Source: Octopus bimaculoides (taxonomy: Eukaryota). Taken from it: a stretch of DNA of 64,000 nt. Shown one piece after another: positions 49,741 through 62,936 of the stretch. The stretch spans positions 12,704,741-12,768,740 of the forward strand of contig NC_068987.1 in the NCBI RefSeq assembly GCF_001194135.2. The letters run 5' to 3'. The notes under the pieces were generated by a model. That model worked only from the letters and a program-made list of their open reading frames with translations. It had not been told where the DNA came from and made no database searches. The position numbers and the translations under genes were made by a program. Position 1 is the stretch's first letter, and each line of letters starts with the position of its first letter.

Positions 49741-50972
49741 ACATACATAAATAATAACAGAAAATGTTATGAATTATTTTAAATTTAAAAAATTACAAAA
49801 CAAAACAAAAACATCCACTTACCAAACTTTGAGTTTTGCAATAAAATCAATAATTAATCGAATGTAGTTGATATCAGCAGGTATTTTTATTAATTTTTTT
49901 TTTTCCAGTGTCGCGTGAGAATTTACCAATATTTAAAAACAGAAAAAAACTTAAACTATATAAAAAGACAGAAGAGCGAGAGGTACAAAAGGAAAAAAAA
50001 AAAAAAAGAATTAAGAGACAAGTGGGTGATGACTTATAGCAGACGACCCCATTGCTGTTAGCAAAAGAATACTAAGAGAAAAAAGAGAAAAAACAGACGT
50101 TACTTGCCGGAAGAGAAAAAACGAACTACTACGCTGACGCCAGCTTCAGTTTAAGCAAATAGGTGAATCCTGCGAGATGCTAAGATTACGAGTTGGGGTG
50201 AGGAAGTGGGATCACCGCAGCCCCGTCTAGCAGTTTCGCATTAATAGGAGGTAGTAGCTGATTGTATTTTACAGCAAAAATGATATCAACAAAAGAGTAA
50301 CTTTTGGCTTTCGAAATATAACCAGATATATTTACACAAGATGTAACTTTATNNNNNNNNNNNNNNNNNNNNNNNNNNNNNNNNNNNNNNNNNNNNNNNN
50401 NNNNNNNNNNNNNNNNNNNNNNNNNNNNNNNNNNNNNNNNNNNNNNNNNNNNNNNNNNNNNNNNNNNNNNNNNNNNNNNNNNNNNNNNNNNNNNNNNNNN
50501 NNNNNNNNNNNNNNNNNNNNNNNNNNNNNNNNNNNNNNNNNNNNNNNNNNNNNNNNNNNNNNNNNNNNNNNNNNNNNNNNNNNNNNNNNNNNNNNNNNNN
50601 NNNNNNNNNNNNNNNNNNNNNNNNNNNNNNNNNNNNNNNNNNNNNNNNNNNNNNNNNNNNNNNNNNNNNNNNNNNNNNNNNNNNNNNNNNNNNNNNNNNN
50701 NNNNNNNNNNNNNNNNNNNNNNNNNNNNNNNNNNNNNNNNNNNNNNNNNNNNNNNNNNNNNNNNNNNNNNNNNNNNNNNNNNNNNNNNNNNNNNNNNNNN
50801 NNNNNNNNNNNNNNNNNNNNNNNNNNNNNNNNNNNNNNNNNNNNNNNNNNNNNNNNNNNNNNNNNNNNNNNNNNNNNNNNNNNNNNNNNNNNNNNNNNNN
50901 NNNNNNNNNNNNNNNNNNNNNNNNNNNNNNNNNNNNNNNNNNNNNNNNNNNNNNNNNNNNNNNNNNNNNNNN

Positions 50973-51019
<47 letters not shown>

Positions 51020-51393
51020 CAGGCAAATAGATAGATAGATAGATAGATAACAGAAAATGGAATTAACGAGATTCTTTACTCAAAATCGCTACAATAGCTT
51101 CGATGCGTTCTCGCACTTGTAGTTCATAGGTGAGAGGTTGTGCAATCATTACCTTATATATCGAGTTTAGAATACACCTCTTCAGGTGACTGTTTAAACA
51201 AGTTCCTCGCTATCTACTCACGCCATTTCACTCAGTTTAATAACGTGTACCCAGAGCGCTGTGTCATTCTAGCAGCTGACAGACAGAACTGTCTGTGAGC
51301 TGCTAGAATATAGCTATAATTTATAGCTTGTAATATTGGTTTATTATTTAAAAAAAGACAAAACTTTAGATCGTAAGAGCAGGAATTCGAAGA

Positions 51394-51462
51394 TTCACTT
51401 TGGTACAATGGTAGAACGTTTGTAATGTTAACGAAAGATGTGGGTTCGTGTCCCGTAGGCTT
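51394..51462 (+). pseudogene. tRNA-Asn-like pseudogene or head of an unclassified SINE
   Basis: A box TGGTACAATGG, anticodon-loop-like TGTTAAC, B box GGTTCGTGTCCC. Stems imperfect. Confidence 0.5.
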
Positions 51463-51766
51463 CCTTCGATTTTTCTCATCTAAGGGTGTTTTTCTCCCCA
51501 ACATTCTACAATCTGTTTTTTTAGCTTTATCTACTTCGAGTTCCACCGCTAAAAACCACATAGATAGATAGATTTTTCTATCTACGAGTGTTTTTAACCC
51601 AATATTTACAATCTATTCTTTATAGCTTTATCTACTTCGAGCTCCATCGGTATTAATTTTTAGAGTTCTCTCGAATTTTCTATATTCTTATGGCGATGTT
51701 ATTTAATGTTTGCGTTAATAGTATACTATATTCCTAATACAAGCTCTATATGCTATTTATTTAAAT

Positions 51767-52014
51767 CAGTGGTCCTCAAAGTGGGCAGTATTGCTCCCCG
51801 CTGAAGGGGAAGTTTCAAAGGGCATTGAAGAAAAATGGGGCGATAATGGGGTGGTGATCCATGTAAAAACAACAAAATAATGGGTTCATTTGGGTTAAGT
51901 TTTATTTACTTCAGAAAGAGGTCTATGTCGGTGATGGTTAGTTGGGGTGAAGGCGCTAGGAATGTGGCCCGGGTATCAAGGGGGCGGCAGTCCGAAAAAG
52001 TTTGAGAACCACTG
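51767..52014. mobile_element. hAT/Charlie-like MITE
   Basis: TIRs CAGTGGTCCTCAAA and TTTGAGAACCACTG. TSD not conserved. Confidence 0.8.
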
Positions 52015-52104
52015 AAATGATCTGTCAAGAAATATCGGAGCATTACGTTTTTCTTTGGTTTGTCGTCATCCTTTATTGCTAACTTGCTTTTGTCATCAAA
52101 CAGC

Positions 52105-52565
52105 AGTCATGCTGGGTCACCGCCTTGAAGGGATCCAGTCGAAAATCCCAGGGCTTATCTTTTAGTTTGGTACTTATTTAATCAGCCCCTTACGCCGAGC
52201 CGCTAAACAAACCAACACCGGTTGCCAACTGGTGGGTGAAGACAAAGATAAACATGTACACACAAAAGCACACACTAGTCTGCTTTTATGTGTGTGCGTG
52301 TGTGTGTATGTGTGTGAGTGTATGTATATGTATATGTACACACACATACATACAGACACACACGCACAAACGCGCGCCGCACACACACACACACACACTC
52401 ATACACACACACACACACAACTTCCACGTAGTTTCCGTCTATTAAATTCCCTCACAAAGCTTGTTCAACTCCGGGCAATAATAAAAGACACTTGCCCAAG
52501 GTGTCACGCAGTGGAACTGAACCCAAAACCTTGTGGTTGCAAAGCGAACTTCTCAACCACACAGT
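52105..52565 (-). mobile_element. CORE-like SINE (family C), full length with expanded internal (CA)n
   Basis: Head, CORE-like ACCTTGGGCAAGTGTC and 3' tail. Confidence 0.85.
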
Positions 52566-53369
52566 CGTTTCTGGGCCTATTTCAAATACAAACCGAAGAA
52601 TCTATTGCGCCAACTACGAAGTCAGTTTGCAGCCGATCATTTATATCACAGGTTATAAGTACCTTGCGTTTTCTCTTATCTACTGAGTATCAGGTATATG
52701 TTCGTTTTCTTTTATCTTCTTGAGTAATAACCTGTACTATTCTTTTACGATTATTGCCTACGATTTAATGACTATGGTTGTGTTGCTTTCTAACGTCTTC
52801 ATGTCAAATATGTTGTTTTCCCCCGTGGCTGTTTTAAAACGCACGAATGTCTCTATGCGATTGCATATGAGTGAGGTGTAATATATTGCTAGATCTGAAT
52901 TCATTTCAACAGTCTGCGTCGACTTACGCAATGTTTCTCCAAACTATCTTATCTTTTGATGTTGATAACTTTTACACAATAATCATTGGCATCATTATCA
53001 AATTTGTTGTTGCGGTTTTCTACTCTTAGAAGACGTTGCCAGGGGACTGAACTCCTGATAGTTTACTCGTTTTTAGTATCTCTCGAGAAAAGTACCATGA
53101 ACAAATTTTTATTACGGCAGATCTGTTATAGGAATTGAACTGTAATATGAAACCGAAAGACACGTTAATTATGCAGAATACATAAATTCCTGTCGGGAAA
53201 CAGAATTATTTTCATCTTGCTGATTTGTACAACGTACTCAAAGGGATTGTTGAGGAGTTTATCATCGTGGTTTCGGCTTCAATGCCACTGCGCAGTACCT
53301 TGGGCAAGTGTTTTCTCTTGTAGTCTTAGTCTGATCAATGACTATAGAGAGAAGTAGTGTGGAAGTCCA

Positions 53370-53600
53370 AGGGACAACTGAAGGAGAGAAATAGTCTTTA
53401 CGTTGGATGTCTCGTTTCTCTGTTTTTTTCGTTGTTCGTAAAAACGTTCGTTTTCTGTCTTCGTCTTTATGCTTTCGTTTCTCATTGTGTTTAAGGTTTT
53501 TTTTTTTAATGTCCTGTACCCATATAGGCATGTATATATACATATAGATGTAGGTATGTATATATATGTATGGATATATGCATACATTTATATATTATTT
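53370..53600 (+). mobile_element. family E-related 3' fragment
   Basis: Pyrimidine-rich tract plus GTCCTGTACCCATATAGGCATG...GTAGGTATG module. Core decayed to CTGAAGG. Confidence 0.6.
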
Positions 53601-53789
53601 ATGTTATTATGTAGATATACATACATATATACATACATATACATACATACATACACACACACACATATATATATATAGTGTGTGTGTTGTATGTACATAA
53701 ATACAAATATATACACATATATACACACACACTCACACGTACACACACACACACATATATATATATAGTGTGTGTATGTACATGTGTGT

Positions 53790-54000
53790 ATGGGAGGGGA
53801 TTTGTGTTTGTCCCTCCCCCACTGCTTAACAACTGGCGTTGGTCCTTTTACTTTCTCGTGACATAACAGCTCGGAGAAAGACCCTAAAAAATAAGTACTG
53901 GTATTATTTGATCGACCAAGACCTTCAAAGCAGTGCCCCAGCATGACCGCAGTCCAATGTCTAAAACAAGTAAAATGGTAAAAGAATACAAGAATAAAAG
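53790..54000 (+). mobile_element. CORE-like SINE (family C), 3' half
   Basis: Ends CAGCATGACCGCAGTCCAATGTCTAAAACAAGTAAAA. Confidence 0.75.
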
Positions 54001-54914
54001 AATATAATTTACGTACTTAATTGCAGTTAGGTTTCTTTTGTTTATAAAACTTTGGTGCACAACTCATGTCATGCGATGAACCTCAGAAGAATTTTATTAG
54101 AAAATGTTTACACTCCGTTCCCCCGTCTTGGCTCTATATCTTATCTTCGGCGCATCTTTCTATTATAGCATTACTCATAGGTGTAAATCTTTAAAAAGAA
54201 TGCAAAAAAAAAAGAGAAGAAAATATTTTAAGAATATAATATATGCAAAAGACATTCATAAAACAATCTTCACCCATAATATCCCTCTTGGGTAGAAAGA
54301 GAGAGAGAGAAAGCAAGGAGAGGTGTAGATAGACAGATAGACAAAGAGAGAGAAAGAACTTTGCTCTAAGATAGCACAAAACATTGCTAAGTAAACTTGT
54401 TTCTCAGTTGCCAACTTTGTATTGAACAACAAAATGTCTAGAATTTGCAATTTTCTTAAATGGCGTCAGATCCACCATGTGCAGTTCTCTAATTCACTGA
54501 TTCTTACCTGTACCTACTTGACCTCATTCACACAACCTCAACACGCAAATGATATCGCAGTACACATCATGGCAACATTTCTCATATACAGCTGCACAAA
54601 TTCCCCAGTCGTAGAAAATTGCCTCCAAAGCCATTAAATTTGAAGTTGCACCTGCCAAATCCGCCACATCTCCCTCCTTACTTGTAAAACTATAGAATAT
54701 CAATTCCACCCAACCAGTGCACCCAGCAACATAAACATCAAATCAATGAAGAGGACCACTACATGGTTAGTTAACTGGCTAGAGATGGCAGCCAAATTTC
54801 TCCAACATATTCTTTATCATTTTTTTTTAATGAATGCTTAATTGCATTTTTCTATGGATGCTTAACTGCATTTTTTTCACGAATGCTTAACTGCATTCCA
54901 TTCACCTTCACGAA

Positions 54915-55055
54915 CTGAGTTCAAATTCCGCCGAGATCAACTTTACCGTTTATCCTTTCAGGGTCGATAAAATAAGTAGCAGCTGAGCACAGGACTAAAT
55001 GGAATTGACTTAGCCGCCCCTCGAAATTGCTGGCTTTGTGCCAAAATTTGAAAGC
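54915..55055 (+). mobile_element. SINE family B, 5'-truncated
   Basis: B box and core. Confidence 0.85.
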
Positions 55056-55279
55056 AAAAACTGTAAACGGATTTCTGTCGATTTCAATGAGTATTCACTT
55101 GTTCGGTTAACTGAATTCCCTATTTGGTGAATTAGCGTGTGAGTGTTTGAAAGACGAGCTAGTTTTTGATCCAAAACTAGCGTGTGAGTGGCTGAGTGTT
55201 CTGTAGATATGTGTAGCTTTATCGTAATGTTGTCACAGACTATGCCAAAGCTGTATCTCTAAATTATAGTTACAATCTC

Positions 55280-55420
55280 TCCGACGGAATTCTAAACAGT
55301 TTCCGTCGAACCAATTTCATTCCTATAGTTTGGATCAACGAGAGTCTATTGTAACCGACTGTTGTCCAAGGTACCACGTAGTGGGATCGGATCCAGAACA
55401 CCCGGAACACCATGATTATA
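55280..55420 (-). mobile_element. diverged CORE-like SINE 5' half
   Basis: Minus strand GATCCCACTACGTGGTACCTTGGACAA...GACGGAAACTG...CCGTCG parallels family C. Confidence 0.6.
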
Positions 55421-55477
55421 AACGAACACTTTAAGCATTCGGCTGAAAGATTCATTATTATGTAATGATTATAGGGG

Positions 55478-55915
55478 TTGCGAGCTGGCAGAATCGTTAG
55501 AGTATCGGAAAAAGTACTTCGCAGTGTCTGCTACCGCCCTTTACATTCTGAGTTCAAATCTGACCGAGACCAACTTTACCTTCCATCCTATGGGAGTCGA
55601 TAAAATAAGTACCAGTTGAGCACTAGGGTCGATGTAATCGACATTCCTTCCCTTCAAAATAACTGACCTTGAGCCAAAATTAGAAAGAATTATTTAAATA
55701 TTAAACTGTTGGCCATCTGACAGAGTCGTTTGAATATCGGAAGAATGCTTTGCGGTAGCTGATCTGATACTTTACGTTCTGAGTTCAAACTCGACCGATG
55801 CTAACTTTACCTTTCATCTTTTCGTAGTCAATAAAGTAAAATACCAATCCGCAAAATGCATCAGCTAACCTCACCTCCTTCATAAAGATTGCTAACCTTG
55901 AGCCTAAATCAGGAA
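55478..55915 (+). mobile_element. two tandem SINE family B copies (55478-55685 and 55725-55915)
   Basis: Both carry the head, B box and core. Confidence 0.8.
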
Positions 55916-56507
55916 CCATTATGTAATTATTATACATATGTATGCATCAGTTGGTTTTTGTATTGGTTGTTGGTTCACCTTATAATTGTATGATAACTAT
56001 TTACCAATCTCAAGATACATCGCATTGAATATGACTGAGACAGACTATATATACAATGGTATGTAGTTAGCTCGTCTCATATTACCGCTGTTAACTCGGC
56101 TTTTCGTCATTCGTGGGCCTATAAAAATAAATATCAGTAATATACTGTACTGATTCTGTTGTCTTTAGTTCATCCGTACAAAAGCTGGCATTGTCTCGAC
56201 AAAAAGAACCTATTTATATCAAGATAATTTACGTTACTAGCAAAATAAAAAAATAATGATATTGAGACAATTCATAATGGAGTTTAATGTCTGCTTACAG
56301 TCAGTCTTCCTGCGATGCATTGTCAAATATAAGCATTTGCCCTGGCAAGCTTCCACTCCTAATTCACGTTGATCATGTCAGTTTCAATTGCTTCTGCTTC
56401 TTGCTACTGGCGTAGATGTTCAGGTCATTAGCAAACAGGTTATGTGTAACTTTGATTACTTTTTGCTCTCTCTCTCTCTCTCTACCCCTCTCTCTCTCTC
56501 TCTCTAC

Positions 56508-56573
<66 letters not shown>

Positions 56574-58329
56574 CTCTCTCTTTACATATGTTCTGGTTTT
56601 ATTTTATATAATTGCTCACCACAAGAAAACGAGTCAGTTTCCAACCCTGAAACAATTGTTCTTGTATTGGAATTTAGACAACATCAACTAAGCAGTCATG
56701 TACAGATGCATATAAGCATGTCTATACGTATGCATGCAAGTGTTCTTTTTCTTCTTTGAGGTTTATTTATGTTCTTCATAGAATTCAAGCCGGTCGCTAA
56801 CAAAGTGACAAGACTTTTTGAGTTAAGATTGTTCCCGGGGTTTGTAAATATCTGGTCGAGTTAGTGTGTGCGTTATATACGTAGGTGTATGCAGTTGCAC
56901 TTACCCGCTGTGTGAACAAGTATCTGCAGTGCCCAAGGTGTTTGGCGTGTGTGTGTGTGAGTGTGTGCACGATTATTTGTACATATGTGTATTTGTAGAT
57001 GCACACAACCGTATGTATGTGCGTACATGCATGTTTATAATTGTGTGATTCTTTTTATTCAATTCCCTTTCTTGACACATACATATGCTTATATACCTAT
57101 ATACCTATACATGGGTATACATATGTATGTTTATATGTCTATATATGTGAACCTGTAATGTATTTGTTACAAACTAAACATCTGGGAGATTTTATGTATT
57201 ATCACAATTTCGTTGATAGTTTTGTAATTATAAGTTTATGAGAAGCCATGACCCTTTTGGTTTTGTGAGGCTTATCTCTATGAGATTAATTCTGAGGTAG
57301 TTAATTACATAAGAAAGTACCACAATAATCACTGGTGTAAATTTAATTTTAGAGTTCAATTGTGATATCTGCAGATTTATTCGGCATGGATGTTTTATTT
57401 TAGTTTCAGCATGACCGCAGCCAGAGGGCTGAAACAAATAAACGAATAAGAGATCATTATCCTAAAGATGGATTGGCAAAATTGATAAAGCATCGGAAAA
57501 TATANNNNNNNNNNNNNNNNNNNNNNNNNNNNNNNNNNNNNNNNNNNNNNNNNNNNNNNNNNNNNNNNNNNNNNNNNNNNNNNNNNNNNNNNNNNNNNNN
57601 NNNNNNNNNNNNNNNNNNNNNNNNNNNNNNNNNNNNNNNNNNNNNNNNNNNNNNNNNNTATATATACAAGAATAAGGGCAGAGAATCGTCAATTAATAAT
57701 AGAGAAAAATTTGTAGTTTGGAATCAGTAGTTCTTTGACTGCTATTTCTAAATTTTCAGTATGTTGGAGAAGCAACTTAATTGCTAATCCCTGTATATTT
57801 ATAATGATATATATATATATATATATACCGGCTCTTTATGTTCTGAGTTCAAATCCTACACGGTCAATTTTGCCTCTCGTCCTTTCAGAATCGTTAAAAT
57901 AGCCCTGCCATCTCTGTGGAAACTATTGCATCAACGAGTAGTACACAAATTATTTCTATTACTGCGCAAGCTTCTTTTTACACTGTCCCTGATCGTTGTA
58001 TTTGGTTTGTTTTACCTACCTCTTATTAGAGATTTTGATAGAAACATTTCATCCTACTCTTTCTGTTATGAGTGATTACGCTTCCTTCATTACTATAGCT
58101 TCTTGTGTTTCGATCTTCAGAACTATTTTTTCTATGGATGTCAGTATTGTGGCCACCACACCAAGTTGTAGTGTTATTGCTATATAAACAGCTTCCTAAT
58201 ATTTTCTGACATCTGACAAGAAATTTAAGAAACGAAACTTAAAATCAGAGTAAATGAAAAAGACAAATTTATCGTCCCTATTATGTAATCCATAACTATT
58301 CCTAACAACCATAGTGTGCGCAGCCAGCC

Positions 58330-58470
58330 CTCAGATAAACCACAGGACTAAGTATGCAGCATACGAGGAATGAGCGGACAATATAGAGATACCACCAGAA
58401 CCTATATAGTAAAAACTGCCCGAAGTATATATGAAAGGATTATCGAACACTGGCGTGAATACACTTGAAG
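58330..58470 (+). mobile_element. probable Penelope-like GIY-YIG endonuclease remnant
   Basis: The frame from 58403 reads YIVKTARSIYERIIEH, resembling the PLE motif YIG.T.R.L..RI.EH. The upstream GIY-like segment is decayed. Confidence 0.4.
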
Positions 58471-59295
58471 GATTAACCATCCATGTTCTCCGGACAGACC
58501 AAATAGAAACTCAACAGATTAAAAATCATCTCATTTTGGATCGTTGTTTATTAATTCATGAATAATGATTAATTATGAAAGAAAACTTCCTTACATGCAT
58601 CTCCAAAATCCGACACTACGACGTGTTACAGAGGTGAGGCAAATGCTAGTAGCAAATCTTTCTGCAAATACATAGAAAGAAGTCAAGAAAAGACAACCAC
58701 CACATAGGCACAACTGCGAACACATGCAAATTACAATCACAAATGCATAAAACCTACTCACACACATACACATACACATACACATACACGCACATACGTA
58801 CGCATGCAAGTGCACTCACATAAACTACAAACTTTACACACATACACGCACGTTTTTATGCTGGCACCAACAAACGTGAGCACATGCAACAATAAAAACA
58901 AACACAGTGAAAACAAAACAGGATCGTAGCATACTTGCGTGTTTGATAACATATAGATGATGTTTGGCAACATAACAAACAAAAAAAATCAGTTGGAGAA
59001 TTTGAAAACATTGAAAAGGTCAACAGTAGTGTGATAAAATATTTCTGACAAACTAGTTAGCAATAAAAATAAAGCTGAAGTAAACTACAACGAATGTGTG
59101 TGTTTATTGGCAGCATGACCCTCCTAAAATATAGGCATTTCAATGCAAGGTTTAAGATACTCATTCTTACAAACAAATTGAAAATCTGTACATATAATTC
59201 TTTACCTGTCTTTATTTTATTTATCAATCTACCTATCTATTTGTCTATCTGTCAACACACACACACACACACACACACAAATATATGTAGGTGTG

Positions 59296-59336
<41 letters not shown>

Positions 59337-59342
59337 GTATGA

Positions 59343-59390
<48 letters not shown>

Positions 59391-59957
59391 TCGAAATATT
59401 CTGCGTTATAATTGCGAAATATTTATTCCATAATCAATTAATATATTTGCATGTGTATGTATGTATGTATGTATGTATGTATGTATATACTTATATACAT
59501 ATACATATCTACAAGTATGATATACTGTTTAAAACACAGATATATGCGTGTATGTGTATTCAAATATATGTGTGTGTATGTGCGTATATATACGGAACTG
59601 TAAGTGGAGCCTCATAATTATGGGTTAACCGGTGCATGTTCTGCACTAAGGCACATCTGTCTGAAATTCCACCATGACGAAATAGTATTTTCAACACGAA
59701 AATATATCTTATATATACACTTGAAAAAAGTTATCTTTGAAGTGAGACCTTGTTAATTGAATCATCGAAGAAGGAAATCTGCGAATGCACTGCAAACTTG
59801 TGGTGTTTATATCTATAAGAAAAATAGATTTTGTTTTTACGTACCATCTGCACTAGATAATTAATAAGGAAAGATAAATATAATGCAAATACAATTGTGT
59901 TTTACTACAAAATATCATACACACATACATGAAATTATATTTTATACTTCACGTATT

Positions 59958-60074
59958 GGACCTCATATGAAAGGTAAAGTCGGCCGCTGGGGAATTTAAA
60001 CTCAGAGCATAAACACGGACGAAACGCCGTTAAGAATTTTACCCGGCGTGGGAACGATTCTGTCAGCTCGCCGC
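59958..60074 (-). mobile_element. SINE family B, 5' half
   Basis: Head and B box. Confidence 0.8.
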
Positions 60075-60499
60075 TTTCTTCCAGACTAATAGATTTATTT
60101 TCATATTTCCTTAAGGAAATGAAAATTATCCTCTTTGAGGACAAGTGGCTCACCATCAGCATGCACTTTCAATTCTGTAAGTATTCGAACCAGGAACTTA
60201 ATCAGCCCCTCTGTAAATGAAATCAGTTGCAGAATTCCTCGCTTTTATATCTTCAGAATGAAAATTAAAAGATTGATGAAAAAGAACCAACTCAGAAAAT
60301 TGTGACTAGTCCTACGGATAATATCAGGAAATACGGCATGCATACAATAATTATAACTTGACTTTTATCAAATTTATTGGCGCTTGCATGAAAGATGAAA
60401 TGAATACTAATGTTTTTTTGTGTCTTCTCATGTATGTATGTATGTATGTGTGTGTATGTGTGTATGTATGTATGTGTGTGTATGTATGCGTGCATGTAT

Positions 60500-60700
60500 G
60501 TATGTGTCTCTGAGTTGATGTCTGTCTAACCGGTCCTGTTTTGTTCACTTCCTTGTAATTTAGCGGTTCGGCAAAAGCTTCTGTAAGAATAAGTACCAGA
60601 CTTAAAACTAAATAAATATTGGGGTCAATTTGTTGGACTCCACCCTTCAAAGCGGAATCTCAGTAAAGCCGCCGAAGTTCAATAACTGAAACAGGTAAAA
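60500..60700 (+). mobile_element. CORE-like SINE (family C), 3' half
   Basis: TTAGCGGTTCGGCAAAAG...AATAAGTACCAG...GGGGTCAATTTG. Confidence 0.75.
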
Positions 60701-61147
60701 ACCAATAGATAGAAATGCTATACGCTGTTGCATCGCTATCTCACACAAAAATATGCTAACCCTAAATTTCGCACAGACAGAAAAAACAAAACTACAAGTA
60801 TACAGCTCTAGGAAGGTAACTCGATATCTCATTACTAAATCTAAGTTGTTTACCTATGCTATGCATGCCATCGATCCATGTTGTTATAAATGTTGGAGAT
60901 ATATTGAAGCATGCCAACATTTCTGAATTACAAGATGTTCATAGCCTGAGTAACAACAAATATTTGATGCAAACAGACACTTTATACACATTGAGGTTCT
61001 ATTTTGCGCGATGAATATACAGTTCACTAAGCAACAGATTTATATTTTCACATTTATTATCATCATGGCATCATATGACAGATGGGTGACTTCACGCAGA
61101 CGGAGAAGAGAACTGGAGCAGATGCTTTACAACACCTAGCTTTAGAC

Positions 61148-61417
61148 CATTGTTCCCAAACATTTTCAGGCTGCCCCCCCACCTCGGCACGCAGGCCACA
61201 TCCTTAGCGCCCCCCACCACTCACCATCACAAACGTAGACTATTTTTTGAAGCAAATTCAAGACAAATAAAACGTAACCTAATTAACCTATTATTTTGTT
61301 GTTTTTACATCCATCACTCCCTTTTGGCCACCCTGTTTCCGTCACACATTTCTTTAACATCTTTGAATCTTTCCACCGCCCCCAAGTGGTCAGTACCGCC
61401 CACTATGGGACCCACTG
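61148..61417. mobile_element. hAT MITE with 8-bp TSD
   Basis: Ends CATTGTTCCCAAAC and TATGGGACCCACTG. TSD CTTTAGAC (61140-61147) and CCTTAGAC (61418-61425). Confidence 0.8.
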
Positions 61418-61714
61418 CCTTAGACAATGTCCATTCAGTTAATCATAGAAATTCCACAGTTTTATCTTTCATTTGTTACCGTCATTTCATTCGTTCAACT
61501 GCGGTCGTGCTCAGGCACAGTCTGGAAGGGCTTAGTCAAACAAATCGATCCCAGTATTTATTTATTTGTAAGTTTGGAACTTTTTCTTTTGGGTTTTCTC
61601 CTCCTTCTCTAATATCCGTGGACTCTGATCTAACTTGAACCCTTGTTCCGCCTCATAGGAAGACAGGTGCAGCACATTCTATTTATTCATCTGCAACACA
61701 GTTTTGAGGAGACG

Positions 61715-62459
61715 AAAAGTCAATCACACCGATACCCGTACTCATCAGGTACTTATTTTATTGAACCCTAAAATACGAAATGCTAAGTCAGCCTCGGTGG
61801 AATTGGAACTCAGAACGTAAGACCGGAAGAAATGCCGTTAAGTATTTGGTTCGGCATGCTAACCATTTTGCCAGCTGACATCGCCTTAATGATTTCCTAT
61901 TTTGGCACAAGGCCAGAACTTTCGGGAGAGTGGTTAAGTCAATTAAATCACCTCCAGTGTTCAACTAACTGGTACTTATCTCATTGACCCCGAAATGTTG
62001 AGTCAACCTCGGTGGAGTTTGGACTCAGAACGTAAAGAAGGACGAAATGCCGCTAAGCATTTTATCCAGCGTGTTAACCATTCTGCCAGCTTCTTCTTCT
62101 TTTTCTTCTTCTTCTTCTCCTCCTCCTTCTCCTTCTTCCTCTTCTTCTTCTTATTATTCTTCTTCTAGAGTAATAATGAAAGTTTATATATAAGGAAAAC
62201 ATATTTTGCGACTCGTGCTGATAACTGTTTTTACTACACATTCATTTGGCAAATGCATGAATTTCTATACAACTAATTAACTCACGAAAGATAACACTCA
62301 TTACTATGATAATTAGGTAATTTATCGTAAGTTCCTTTCTGAAAAGCTGAAAGGACAAAGCCAACCTCAGTGGAATTTGAACTCAGAACGTATCGACGGA
62401 CGAAATGCCACCAAACATTTTTTTCCGGTGTGCTAACGATTCTCCCAGTTCGCCGCCTT
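61715..62459 (-). mobile_element. cluster of three SINE family B copies (about 61715-61890, 61900-62092, 62345-62459)
   Basis: Repeated GGAATT(T/G)GAACTCAGAACGTA...GAAATGCCG motifs. Confidence 0.85.
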
Positions 62460-62559
62460 ATCGCAACAACCTGTAATAATAACAGCTAATTCATAATAAT
62501 ATACACCGAAGACGATTATCAGCTTAAATTGCAAAATGTATTTAAATATATAAACTCTT

Positions 62560-62936
62560 TTAGTCTTTTACTTGTTTCAGTCATTTGGCCTTTAGTCGAG
62601 CAAATCGACCCCAGGACTTATTCTTTGTAAGCCTAGTACTTATTCTATCGGTCTCTTTTGCCGAACCGCTCAGTTACGGGGACGTAAACACACCAGCATT
62701 GGTTGTCAAGCGATGTTGGGGGGGGGGGGCAAACACAGACACACAAACACACATATATATATATATACATATACATATATACGACGGGCTTCTTTGAGTT
62801 TCCGTCTACCAAATCCACTCACAAGGCTTTGGTCGGCCCGAGGCTAGAGTAGAAGACACTTTCCCAAAGTGCCACGCGGTGGGACTGAACCCGAAACCAT
62901 GTGGTTTGGTAAGCAAGCTACTTACCACACAGCCAT
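62560..62936 (-). mobile_element. CORE-like SINE (family C), full length, youngest-looking copy
   Basis: Complete head, CORE-like segment, internal (TA/TG)n and 3' tail. Confidence 0.9.

Noticed and set aside
8215-51026. ORFs containing X-runs, or YI/HT/CV/SL/poly-L/I/N peptides
   Set aside because: Translations of N-gaps and microsatellites.
55133-55308. Small hairpins (GCTAGTTTT/AAAACTAGC and CGACGGAA/TTCCGTCG) and a 13-bp direct repeat
   Set aside because: The second hairpin is part of the family C SINE; the others are short enough to arise by chance.
56899-56909. Second AG|CGG|GTAAGT microexon-like motif on the minus strand
   Set aside because: Weak polypyrimidine tract, adjacent to a microsatellite, and within chance expectation.
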